A DNA stretch of 64,000 bases from Amphiscolops sp. MND2022 (Eukaryota), in the NCBI GenBank assembly GCA_964187785.1, contig OZ076411.1, positions 43,400,001-43,464,000 on the forward strand. Reading direction: 5' to 3'. The notes below the pieces were generated by a model. That model saw nothing but the letters and a program-made list of their open reading frames with translations. It ran no database searches and had not been told where the DNA came from. Numbering within the stretch: position 1 is the stretch's first letter; each line of letters starts with the position of its first letter. Positions 48,451 to 60,963 of this stretch are shown one piece after another. The position numbers and the translations under genes were made by a program.

Positions 48451-50499
48451 CAAGGGCAGCTATTCACTGTACAGCATTCTCGTTTACTATATACATTATA
48501 CTCTAATGGGTGATATTCAAAGTATCATATCGTTTGTTCGAATTTTAGTGTTATATTCGGAACTTCTTAGTGATACAAGATGATGAGATTTTGTAATGAC
48601 AAGCTGCTCCCCAGAAAAACTTCGAAAAAAGCAAAATCTTGTTAACACGCTTAGTGATGGCAATGTGGAGTTTTTTGGAATGTCTGATCACAATGATAAA
48701 AGATATAGTAAAGGAGCGACTGAAGAGCTGCTGAAAAACTGGGAGAAGCTCCAAAAAATGGATTTTCCTACTTGTTCACAAGAAAGTTCCTGGAACTTAG
48801 TCTTCAGGTTCTCATTTTGCCAATTTGTTACAATGTAAGACAGAATGGTGCTTTTGGCGCGAATCCGTTGTGGACCCACGTTCTAATGCATTTCACATTC
48901 CAGATGCTGTCTTTTGAAAATAATCGGCATGTTACATTACATTTGACTATGATTTTCATTCTGTCAGTCAAAAAACAAATCAGCATGTTAATTAAACACA
49001 AACGAAGCATTCTAACCAAGACGCATAGAGAAACTTCGAGAAGAACATAAAAATGTCATTGAAGATGGAGTTTATTTGGGGTAGTTTGAAAATTCGATAT
49101 ATAGATTACCAAAAAGTAGGTTGTAAGTACTTTTACTGTTCTAAACATTTGTTCAAAAACTTTCAACGATATTTGTCCGTTTTTACAAACTTAAAAGTGA
49201 AAATCGCAGCATTTTGCGATCCTGCCGCTTTGAGAATTTTTTGCTGTAATTCAAGATGTGTTCCCAGTTGCTTTCTGTTTTTTTCCGTTTTCTGAAGAAA
49301 CGAAAATTTTCACTTTCGGTTGAGAAAATCGAAAAAAATTCCTGCTTCAGTTCATGTTATAACATTCTTTAACATCATTTCAACACAATATTTATACCAC
49401 ATCACCCAAGCCAACTCTTTTGATGTTTCCAAAAAAGAGAAACTATCAAAGGGTTTTCCCTTTGCCGACATTTTTTCTGAATTTTTAAATCCGATGCACC
49501 CACTTTACCATGATCAAAACAATTTTCGAGGAGCATATACGACCGCTTAGGGTTTCTCGGCACTATACAAGTTACCGAAGAAGATATTTTTGTCGAAACA
49601 AAACTCACAGTTACACAATAATTTGGTTTTTGAAATTTTTGTTATAAATCTGTTTTCTGAGTCTTAAAGGCGACTTCGCTGGATTTTTTGCCCCTGTGGA
49701 ACAAATGAGAGTTTTTTCAATAACTGTAGAAAAGACATTTTTGGCTCTCTTGGGCATTTTACAAGTTTTTGTTTCCACTAGATGTTCGCGGCTCCAGTTT
49801 CGATTTAGAGAACATGTTTTTTAAGCTCAAAAGCTCACACCTTTGGTAATTTTGCCACTGCGATTATTTTCGATCAAAGGTTTTTCGAAAAAGAACAAAA
49901 ATTCATGTTTTTGTAATAAATTCAGTTCGGAAGCCACGTCGAAACTACTTGAACTTCTTAGAAGTTTTTGTAGGTTGCTGAGCTAATTTTTCATGAATTT
50001 AAAAAATTCTCAAGGAAACTTTCAAGCAATATGCAATAATCTTTAACAGATTCAATTGAATTTTATCAAGCTGTCTATAAGGTGCATCTTAAATTTAGCG
50101 GCAATTCCGAGCCGCGAAGGTTTGCAGGTTTCATTAAGCAGCAGTTCTATTTTTAAAAGCAGCTGATACCTCATCGATTTTACCGCGATTTCAATGCAAT
50201 CAAACTTCAGTCACAATATAGGTTTCAAAGTAGCGGCATATTCAACGTTCGTTTTGACTAACGGTGATTACATAAGGTTGGAAAAAAGTGATTGCGACGG
50301 TGAAGAAGTGGAATTGTTTTCAGTTTTAATTCAAATAGTGGAAGCTGGATTGTAATCCTACAAAATGTTTCCATGTATGCTCCTGAATTTTCCATGCTTT
50401 GTAATGACTTAGTCTACATGTTTCCAAGCAGTATGTAAAAAGTTCAAGTAATTTCGACTAGGAAAAGGAACCTTGGAAATGTTTTGATGTGACAGTAAG

Positions 50500-50900
50500 G
50501 AAAAAATGTCTTGTTTTTTTCCGCCCACATAAATAGGGGAGGAAAATCATGATCTGTGTTGCGTTTTCTTCCAAATTCTGCCTTAACTTCACTCTTCACT
50601 TCACTCTTCTCTACACTCGCTCACCCAACTCATTTACTTGACTATTTCACAAAATAGTCAAGTAAATGAAACAGCTCAGAGGGGGAATGATATCTAAAAA
50701 ATGGGAATAAGATCTAAAGGAATAGAATCTTAAATTTCAGGACGGGAATAAAATCTAAAAGGAATAAGATCTAAAATCACTGAATGTTAGATCTTATACT
50801 TTAAATTCTATTCCCTCCCAAAATAGCTCTGGCTCAGTTGGCGAAGGCGAAGAAGGCGAAACATATCCCGTTGCTTAGCGGGCGTCTTGTTAGTCATCAG
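50500..50900 (-). mobile_element. Second Tc1-like fragment, homologous to 23370-23680
   Basis: Shared blocks aacaagacgc..gctaagca.cgggat and ggcagaatttggaa.aaaacg.aacacagat..tgattttcct...atgtgggcggaaaa, in opposite orientation to the first copy. Confidence 0.5.
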
Positions 50901-52039
50901 GTTTTCTGTTTTCCAGCTTGACGATGGGTTTTCATAGATCAACCTGTAAGGTCACGTCCAAATACTTATTGAGTTGCTGATTTCAAATTGAGATCAATAA
51001 TGCATTTGGAAATGATGACGTTGTTGTTCATTCGAAAAAAAAAGTTTCGTCGAAATGCTTTTTATCTGGATACGAGTTGCACAAATTGAGTCGTAGATAT
51101 CTCAATTGTGACTTCTCCCGCAATCTTCATTAAAGGTCAAAATCATTAAAACCCAAAATCGCATTGTGGAGCTTTTATTTGTCCTTTTTTCATACTTCAA
51201 AGCTTCGCAGATACAATTTAGTTAAGGAGCAGGTCATTCAGCCGGATGCCGCTCACGTGTTCGAGTTTAACGGTATTAGAATGCTTAAGGTAATGTACTT
51301 TTTTGATTCAAAAAGCAGCACCATTTCTGTATTATTTCAAGATTTCGTTGCAAATTTGTGTCAGCAAGCTCGCTCAAGTTTTTTCTTTGGCATTCACCTG
51401 CCGTGCGTTCTCAAAATCAAAGCATCCCTTAAGCCTCTTATCTGAGCTTAGAACTATACTTTCCATAATTAGACGTTTTTTTATCATTTGTTTTCCTTCT
51501 GCATTAAGTAAGGTAACGTAATTTCTGGCCGTGCCGTTTGCGGGAAGCAGACTGAAAACGTTTTGAGAGGCCTTAAGTCTTCCAGTGAATTTATTGAAAT
51601 TATCGTATCTAAAATGCTTTCAGTCATGCTGTATAAACTAAACAATATCTCACTGTTTGTTTTTTTTTCTGCTTCTTTATTTCAGGAAGTTTCACTCATG
51701 TCTATGTGAACACATTTTCGTTCAGAATTCCAGTTCACGTCCAGGTTGCTTGGCGATTTTTGATGCCATCAATGATGAAAAACTGAAAGGAAATTTTCCG
51801 GAAATTTTTACATGCACTTAATAATTAAATAGCCGCAAATTACTTCAAAGGTTAAGTAAAATATTGGACCTGGAAAAAAGACCAAGCATACATAAAAAGC
51901 TTTGTGCGACAAAAGTTTTTATAAACCATTCCTGCTTTAAAAAATTTTCTCAACACTCAGCATGTCTCTTGTAGAATTATTGAAATGTGCATTTTCTTGA
52001 AACTTTTTATACCCTAAAGGGTTGGCTCGGAATAGAAGT

Positions 52040-52473
52040 TTTATGAATGACCTTTATATGGTTCTATAAAGCATGACCAAAATGTCAAGTTTCAAAGAAC
52101 GGCTTGTCATTTTCTTTTGCCCTATTGCGAAAGCTCATTCTTTTTGAAGAAAGAGAGAATACGGTTTTGAAAGGACAAAAAGTTGTACGACCTGCATGGC
52201 TAATTCCAGCTGTGCAAAGTTAGCTGACATCCAAAAAGAGACCAAATAGTTGTCAAATTCGATTTTCTTCATTCCACTAAATTGACCTGGTTCAGCAGAA
52301 AATTTTAATTTAATAGTTTCTGGAGTTAGACAGGGGAAAACGGGGTTAGGAGTAAAGATGGTATGACAGGTTTTGGATATGACCTTTAGATGATTCTACT
52401 TTATGAATGACCTTTAGATAATTCTATAAAGTATGACCAAAATGTCAAGTTTTGAAGAGCTGCTTGTCATTTT
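52040..52473. repeat. ~75-bp direct repeat, two copies 360 bp apart
   Basis: tttatgaatgacc...gcttgtcatttt at 52040-52113 and 52400-52473. Confidence 0.75.
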
Positions 52474-55400
52474 GTTAACGTTCTGTGGGCAACGTGAGAT
52501 TCTCATTTGGTTCTAATAGATGTCACATGCAGAGTTACCGACTGAAAGACCCTGTTCTTTGGCAAAATGGCATCATGGTAATATACATCCCCAAAAATAT
52601 CTGGATAGAGAAATTTTATAAGGTTTTACCTGGGACACGCATGCTCACTGGGATCTGGAGCTATTGAGAGCTAACTATTTATTAGCAGTTTGATATATTT
52701 ATTAATCACGCATAAAGCATATATATTTCATTTTGCTGCACATTCGTGAATTGTTTGACCAAGCCTGATAATTTTGCAGCAAAGAAGTATAAGCTGATTA
52801 CATATTTCAGCTTAATTCTCCCTTTCACTAGAATAATGGTATCTCAATAACGGGGGTTGGGAATTTGTTTACAAGATTGCGCATCTGAAGCCGATAGTTA
52901 ACAATGGTTATTCTCACAGTAAAGATTTTTTACGTGGTCCAAAAAGTGAGAACACGGTCAAATTTATTTTCTTCGAAAACATGTTCGCAATCGTTATCTT
53001 ATAATCAGAGTTATAATAAGTTCAGAGAAGATTATAACTGAAGCTTTCCTAGTTTTAATATTGTCATAGTGAGCGTTTGGTAAACATCAAATTCGTGTCA
53101 TCCTCAGCAATCGAATCAAAATTCGATTTCCTGTCACATTCTATTGTGAAATTCTCCTCAAAGGCAACAAAATGTTACGCCGAATCATCATTTACCCCTA
53201 GGAGCAAAATCATTACGTCAAAAAAACACACACAAAGCGAGAAAAATAGCGACAATTTTTCAATTTGCGGCGTGAAAAGTTGAGATGAGCGAATGCCTGC
53301 AAGACAAAAAATGTAAAATACAAAAGAGCGGCAAGTGTTAAGCATGTTGTGGGGAAATCAATTATTATAATTAAAGAGAAAATGCATAATATTCTGGCCG
53401 GTATGATGAAAGTTGCATCGAAAGAGACTTGTCCCAAGGGCGCAATGACATGCGTTGACATTCGCGTTCTTACAGGTTGTCTTATTATCACACCACTTCT
53501 TGGTTCCTGTGACATGCATGAACGAGTTAACGTAGCGGTCATGTCCTGCACTTGTACACAACAAAATACATTTTTTCTTTTTCCACAATCATGTAAACTC
53601 ACAATTTACAAAGCTTTAGTTTGAAACAGAAATCATTTTTTTTTCGTTTTGAAATAAAAAATCAGGGTGTCATTTCAACGAGAATATTTTCAATTCGAGC
53701 GTCATTTGGTAACATTTATAGGTTCACTATAATGATCGGAAATTGATTGTTTAAATTTGTTGAATGATGCATAAATTGGTAATAGAGTAAAAATAACATA
53801 GCGCTGTAAATCGGTGACTGCTTGCTGTGATTGCGGTCGTAACTAATGATTCACACTTTTGAGTTTTTATGAAGTCAACAAAAAATAAAATTGATTTAAA
53901 AGTTCGCTTGAGTTTTTGTTACTTCAAACTAACTGGATTTTGGTTTTTCTTAACGTGGATTTTTCATTTTCCTTGACGTGGTTCCATCAGTTTGCCTAGT
54001 GGATCGTTTAAAAACTAATAATGACTTTATTCTGAAACCGGAGTCTACTTTATGCTGGATAACTTGCGATATCTCCAGTAAGGTAATGTTAATTTATTTG
54101 AATGTTATAAAAAACATCTCCAGTTTTCCACTTCGCTGTCTAAAAGGCAATCAATGAGATATGGAACTTTTTCCGTACTCATTAAAAAGGTTAAAAAGAT
54201 AAAAGTCCAGTCATGAGAGTTATTTTTTGTCAAAAATTGCAGAAATGATCGCATTCCTGAATTGCCTAGTTTCCATCAAGCAAAACTGTATACATGAATA
54301 CTACAAATCTGAGAACTTGAAATGGTTCGAGAAGCAAAATTATAATTTCACAGCGCTAACGGTCTTCCAAGTCTATAAAAGGAGCATGTCTATACAAGGA
54401 TCCGAGAATTGAAAATTTTGAATCAATACTGGTCTCTTTGTGTTATTTCGAGTACCTCGAAATTCGAAAGTCTAACAATTTTTTTAGGTTACTTCTGTGA
54501 ACATTACAAGCTTTCTTTCAAACATGAAATATTCAAAATGCTCACCGTTTGCCACTTGAAAAACAATCTTCAAAAACACGAAAACTTCGAGAAAGCCGGC
54601 AGTTATATCAAAAGAAATATCGAAAAACGAATACAGTGATGCATTATGAGGGATGTTTTCTTCAGAACTTCCCATACTCTTGAGACCCAAAAATGCTCAA
54701 TAAAAGAAAAGAAACACTCTTCAGATTTTCAAAGCTCCGGGAAATTTTTATCAATCAAAGAACATTCAAATTTGTCTTAGATATTTTTTCTTTTTAAAGT
54801 GCTCATTTAGCACAATTATGCATATTTGAAGTTGTGCTAGGGTTCAAGTCAAAATTAATATTGATCCCATCGCAGGCTTTTTCAATTCAAACCACTGCTT
54901 TACAAAAGATCAATATGAATTGTAAACAAATTAACAAGCAACAGTGGTTTTGACTCCGGGAAGGCAAACGCACAAGTTGAAGCAACTACGCTTTGAAGTG
55001 TTTGTTTTTCATGCTAAAATATTGCAAGTGAGAGTACTGTACTCTAGTGCCAAAACTTGAATGGTTTTTTGAATAATGTGACCGTTTTGGGAAATTCAAA
55101 AATATTGATATCTTTTATGATCAATCAGAATAATTCCTTACGTTACCATGAACCCTTTTGCAAAATAAAGGAACGGCTACAGAACTTGGAATTAGGTGTT
55201 ACTAAAAATTTGGAGGTAATTTGAAACAAAAGTGATATAAGATTCAATGAGTCAACTACTACAGGAATAATGTAATACACATCTAATTTCTGGTGACTAT
55301 TCACACAACGGAATTTACAAAAAGATCTCAAACAGCAGAATTCAAATTATTAGCTTTTAGTGCTGTTGCAGCCAAGATGTATGGAAGTTGATCTATTGAA

Positions 55401-57119
55401 GAGGTTAGCAAAATTGTTGTATGGCTCGGTCGCTTCGCTCCCTTCGCCAAGTAGCAACATTGAGGTATGGCCATATGGCACGTCGCTCCGCTTCGCTTCG
55501 CTCCTGCATTTAGAACACTATTTAGGACGTTATAATAATAATTCCGACAAAAGCTGACACGCGTTTTAGCTACAAAACATTCTGCCACACTACATATATT
55601 ATTTTGGAAAATTTCGGAAGACATGTACTCGGTAGTACGATTCGTGGTGCAAATCCTAACATGACTACCATAAAAAGAACGATCGTGGTACCATCTTACC
55701 ACAATAGGCAGAACAAGGCAAAGAGAGAGAGAGAGAGAAACAGAATAATTAGGGAGTCTCACGGCGATCCAACATTTTCCAATACACACTGAAGGTTTTT
55801 GCTACGGCCTAAATGCAAATTCTCGAAGAAAATTTATTGACAAAAAATTCACCAAAAGAACAAATCGAAAGGTAAAAAAATGGGATCCGGACACACAAAA
55901 GCACAGCAAATGAAACTTTTCTTATTTGAAAATAAACACGTTCCTTCGGAACGCCATGAAAAATCCAAAACATCGTTAGCTAATAAACCATTTTGAAAAT
56001 GCCAGAGATAACTGTTCAGAGTTCATGTGTTCAATGACACTAGGAAACATCACAAACGAGGACTAAATCGTCAAAACTCTAGAGTTTCTGTGAAGCAATG
56101 GGAAATCAGAAATGAAGAGCGAGAAGCACTGTGGAACTCTTTCGAAAGACCGAGTTTTTCTTTGTTTTTCCAATGTAGTGTTTTTTGTCTCGTTATATGG
56201 CTACTTTGCTATCTTCAGGACGTTGTTGAATTGAAGCAACTGTTTGTTTCTGCATTTTTTGTATTTGTGGCGCGCGAAAAAAAAGAAGAGAAGGAACATT
56301 ATAATTGTTCGATGAGAACAAGTTTTTTGTTACTTTGTGTCCAAAACGTAACGACCGACAATGTTTTAACAGAACATTTCTAAAACATGGTACAGAGATT
56401 CTGCTGGAACCGTTTTGCAAAAAAACAAACTTGACAACACAATTCCATTGAAAATGAATTAATGTCTTAAAAGAAGTAATGTCCTACTGTCGCCCGGGTA
56501 TTTTTGGAATTTCCACGGCTTTAAAGATTACTTTGTGTTCTCAACTACTATTATGATGTAATTACCGGGTCTCAAACAACACTCGGAAGATGACGCTAGT
56601 TTGCAGTCTTTAACGTGACTGAATTTGCTTTGGACTGCAATGGTGATAAAACTGACGTTACGCTGCATTTATAAACAAAATTGATACCAAATGCAACCTG
56701 TAAAACTCCGCAGCTTCAAACTGTCGCCAATAATGAAATGCCACTATTTGTTGAACATTCAATTTGTAAAGATCTCTAACATAAGTTTTTTCTCCTATAA
56801 TGTTTTCAAAAAAAATGAAAATTCTTTAGAAGAAAAAAAATTAATAAAGTTTTCAAATTTTTTGAAAAAAATGTATTGTTTTTGTAGATACATTTGTTTC
56901 GAACCTGATTCTTTAAATTGCTGGAAAAGGATAAATTTTTATGTGGAATGAGACTTAGAAATGTCAGCTGAGGGAAGAGTTTGCTCTTTAAAGTCCGCGT
57001 TTTCGAAGAAAAAGCTCGACTGTTACGGAGGCTAGTGTTTCTCGTCAGTTCAACGCGATGGGTCCGTTTTGTTCGTTCATTTGTTCAACTTCTTAGGCGA
57101 GGGGTTAACCCGGATTTTA

Positions 57120-57697
57120 GTTCGGATTTAACGTTTCAGAGTTCGGATGAAACGTTCTCACGTTCGGATGTAACGTTTTCAAGGTTCGGATATAACGTTT
57201 TCAAAGTTCGGATATAATGTTTTCAAAGTTCGGATATACGGATTTCAAAGTTCGAATATAACGTTTTCAAAGTTCGAATATGACGTTTTCAAAGTTCGTA
57301 TATAACGTTTTCAAAGTTCGGATGTAACGTTTTCAAAGTTCGGATGTAACGTTTTCAAAGTTCGGGTGTAACGTTTTCAAAGTTCGGAAATAACGTTTTC
57401 AAAGTTGGGATATAACGTTTTCAAAGTTCGGATATAATGTTTTCAAAGTTCGTATATAACGTTTTCAATGTTCGGATGTAACTTTTTCAAAGCTCGGATA
57501 TAACGTTTCAAAGTTCGTATGTAACGTTTCCAAAGTTTGAATTCAACGTTTTCAAAGCTCGGATATAACGTTTTCAAAGTTCGGATGTAACGTTTTCAAA
57601 GTTCGGATGTAACGTTTTCAAAGCTCGGAAATAACGTTTCAAAGTTCGTATGTAATGTTTACAAAGTTTGGATATAACGTTTTCAAAGGTCGGATGT
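57120..57697. repeat. 22-bp minisatellite, ~26 units
   Basis: Consensus GTTCGGAT(A/G)TAACGTTTTCAAA, with point variants and occasional 21-bp units. Confidence 0.95.
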
Positions 57698-57860
57698 TAA
57701 AAATCACAAAGGGCTTCCTTTCAGTCTTTTTTCGGCATTGTGAGACTTTTTTGAAATATTTTCAATGGGTTCAAAGGGTCCCGCTCCAAGCTTTTGATTT
57801 TCTGCAACTGAATGGATGTTAAAAAAATCGGAAAACGTGCGCGAAGAGATTTCTTTAAAG
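57688..57860 (+). mobile_element. Internal fragment of the HINE-like family abutting the minisatellite
   Basis: ggatgttaaaaatcacaaaggg, ttttcggcattgtgagac and aaagggtccc motifs are shared with 16750-17307 and 40363-41270. Confidence 0.55.
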
Positions 57861-60517
57861 AAAATTCTCTGAAAACCACTAAACTGATGCCAGACACCAT
57901 ACAGGACAGCAAATTTTGTCCTCATGTTGAATTTGAGCTGGATATCGAATGGCAATGAAATATCTGTAGTCGACCCCTGATGTGAAACATACATCGAAAA
58001 AGGACATTCCAGTTTCTTTTGTCGCGGAACTGACGCGCTGGCTTTTCTTGCCTTCCTGCTTAGTTGGACGCTTAAGAATGCTTGGAAACTAGTGCCCATG
58101 AACCAATATTGCTATTTGCTGGTTTGATATAATTTGGTTTTCAGACAAGTTTTTAGCGTTTTAAAAAATTATTTTGGACACGCTAACTCGTGAAATGTTT
58201 GACTGCACCTAAAACATAGTAAAACGATCTTCATACTTTATAGGTACGCACAAACGATTGCTGCTACGCGCTGGAGAGGTTTCGAAGTTTTACCCTGATA
58301 CACTAGTGAGACACGAACTTTCGTGTTCCTCAGAGCACAGTTAAGCTAGGAAGTTCAAACTCCCCCAATGATGGCTTGATGTAGCATGTGCGGAGCAAAT
58401 TTTTGAAACGTTTCCCCTACAGTGGGTGATACCCAGACATACTTTGAGATATTGCAAAAACATCGACTTTGTAGACGCAGTTTTTGCAGGTCTCGTGTGA
58501 ACTGAATTATCGTGTCAACTGAGCTTCGACGTTCCTTTGTTTGCAAGATTCACTTCTGGTTGTGATGTTGCTCCTTTATGCATGCTCCGTTATCAACTTT
58601 TGTTCTGTCTTTGCGATCTACTTGCCCAACGGCTTCTGTGGGAATAGTAAGTTTCTTCGGAGGCTTTGAGTCCCTCATAGGTGGAGAGAACATTCCTTCG
58701 TGAACTGATTGCGATGCTTTCCCATGTTTCGAATGTACTGATAGTACAATAATGGACTTGGCCTCGTTTTCGTTTGAGTTTCGTCCATACAACCTGAGAC
58801 ACAAAAGCACAGACTCCAAGATTCAGACACCTGGTCTTCTTGACTAGCTTTACGCCGCCCTGATCCGTTACTTAGTACTGTGGACCGTTACTAAACAATT
58901 CCTGGTTTTCTTGTTTTAAAGGACTGTATCGTTTGGCAGGTGGGTCCGATGTGACCGTAGGATGTCCTGTGATCCCTCTTTGGACTTGTTTTGATCTTCG
59001 GATACCCGTCACACACTTCCCTCTGTGTATCTTCTGAGAGTAGCTACTTGCGCGCTCTGACTCTAGCGAAACGTTGTGATGATTGAGAATTTAATTTATT
59101 GTCTCTTGGTCCTAAGACCCAACTTGACTTCAGCTATTCAGTCGTTCAAACCTCTATCTAATAATCTGGTCATACAATGAATAAATCTGGTCATAAAGGT
59201 ATTAATAAAGGTATAAATCTGGTCATACAATTCTACAGTAAATTGAAGTCGAAATATGTGGTATAAAAATATATGATATTCAGGTGAATTCTTAGAGTCA
59301 TTGCCTATGTAAACAATTCACATAGTGGGTCTTGAATATTGGTTAGGTTGTCTCATAAGCATGTGTTTACAATGTAAATATCATCAATTGCAACAGAGTT
59401 ACATTTTAACGTGGTCATATTAGTAAAAAAATAGTATTTACATTTTGGCTCAAATGACCTTGAATACCACACATGGGAGGGGTAAAGGGGGAATAATGGG
59501 TGAATAACCTTGAAACCTTGAAACTTAGCCGGCATGTTCGTGTTGGGTACTTGCAAAGTGTGCGTGCCAAGTTTCATGATTCATGGCTCTCTGGTTAACA
59601 GTCTTTGAGAAATCCCGTTAACTTGCACCGGGGGGGGGGGGGTTCTTGCACGAAAATTGAAAAATTGATGATTGGAGTTTGTTCAAATATTCATCTCAGC
59701 TTTCAAGAGTTTAAGTCTTGTTTCTCAACCAGCATGTTCCAGATTGAGTTTCTTTGTCTGCTGATGACTGGCGCCAATTGCCGCCAAAAGTGTTTTTGGC
59801 AGGAAGATTAAGATCAAAATTGCAAGTAAACAAGCCAAAAACTTTGTCTTTCACAATAACAAAATTCTACGCTCCGAAAGGAATTCTAAAATTTTTCTGA
59901 GCAGTTCAAATGTTTTTAATAGTTCGCCCTGACATGACTTTTCGGGGTTTTTCCTGCGTTTTTTCTCAGTAACTTGGCGCGGAAATCATCAACGTTGGTC
60001 TATAAAACATTTAAAACACCAACTGAAGTTGAAATAGTTGCAAATTTTGTGTGCCAGTTCATCAGTCATAACAATTAAAGCAATACCCTGTGCGTTCTTT
60101 GCGTCGATCACCGGGGATAATGGAATTTAAAATTATTAAGGTGGGTGTCCGGAAGCGTTCTTTCTGAGGCCGCCATAGAAGTTAGGTTCATTCTATGTAA
60201 CAATAAGCGCCCCGGGGCTTGTCGTTGCGAATGGTGGAAAAGTCCCAAGGGATAGGGTTTAAGAACCCAGGAGAGGCCCCTTTCGTCAAAAGACCTTTCT
60301 CAATCTCCGAAATGTGCCGTGATGGGGTCCCCAACTTTAAAATACTACCACTTTTTTATTGATAAGAGTGACGGCATTCTGCCCACCAGAACCTGCGCCC
60401 ATCTTAAATAGGAGAAATAAGTATTGTAAAAAGATCTTTAAAAAATTACGTCTACGAAATCACAATTTTTTCTAATCAAAACTAATTAGCATCAAAATAG
60501 CGTCAAAACGATGCAAA

Positions 60518-60963
60518 AACAAGCCGGGACCGGCCCAAATCGGCGCCATATCTGAGGTTCAAAAATAGCGAAAGGACTTCAAAATGTCAAAGTATTGATG
60601 AATCGGGGACCCTTTAATGAAAAAAAATTTTGAAAAAAAAGTCTCACAATGCCGAAAAAACTGAAAGGAGGGATTTATCTGAAACCCTTTGGGATTTATC
60701 AACATCCATTCTGTCGCAAACTTCCACAAAAACGAAGGGGGGACCCTATGGCCTCGTCCGGTATTGTATGTTACGCGGGAAACCTTTTTGGTTCAGTTCC
60801 TTGGGCCAACGGGTAAAATTTGGCGACTTCTTAAAATTTTGTAGAACTTTTGGGGTAGAACTATTTTGGTCACTTCAGGTGTTCAGAAATTTTTTAAAAA
60901 AAACACTGACGAAAAGCCATGACTATAGTCGATTCTTTTCTCTAGAGAAGCGCTGACTAAAAA
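60518..60963 (-). mobile_element. DINE-1/HINE-like element, copy 3
   Basis: Same termini in reverse: AACAA-GCCG-GGAC-CGGC...AATCGGCGC at the left, and gactatagtcgattcttttctctagagaagcgctgactaaaaa at the right. Confidence 0.7.

Noticed and set aside
48596-48838. Plus-strand 80-aa ORF with a GTAAGA donor
   Set aside because: Poor acceptor, an upstream in-frame stop and no recognisable homology.
57120-57697. CRISPR-like array
   Set aside because: It is a simple head-to-tail minisatellite without spacers.
58300-59235. Decayed LTR element (LTR-like TGTAGA...AATAAA...ACA on minus, gag-like fragments)
   Set aside because: No second LTR, PBS, TSD or recognisable domain.
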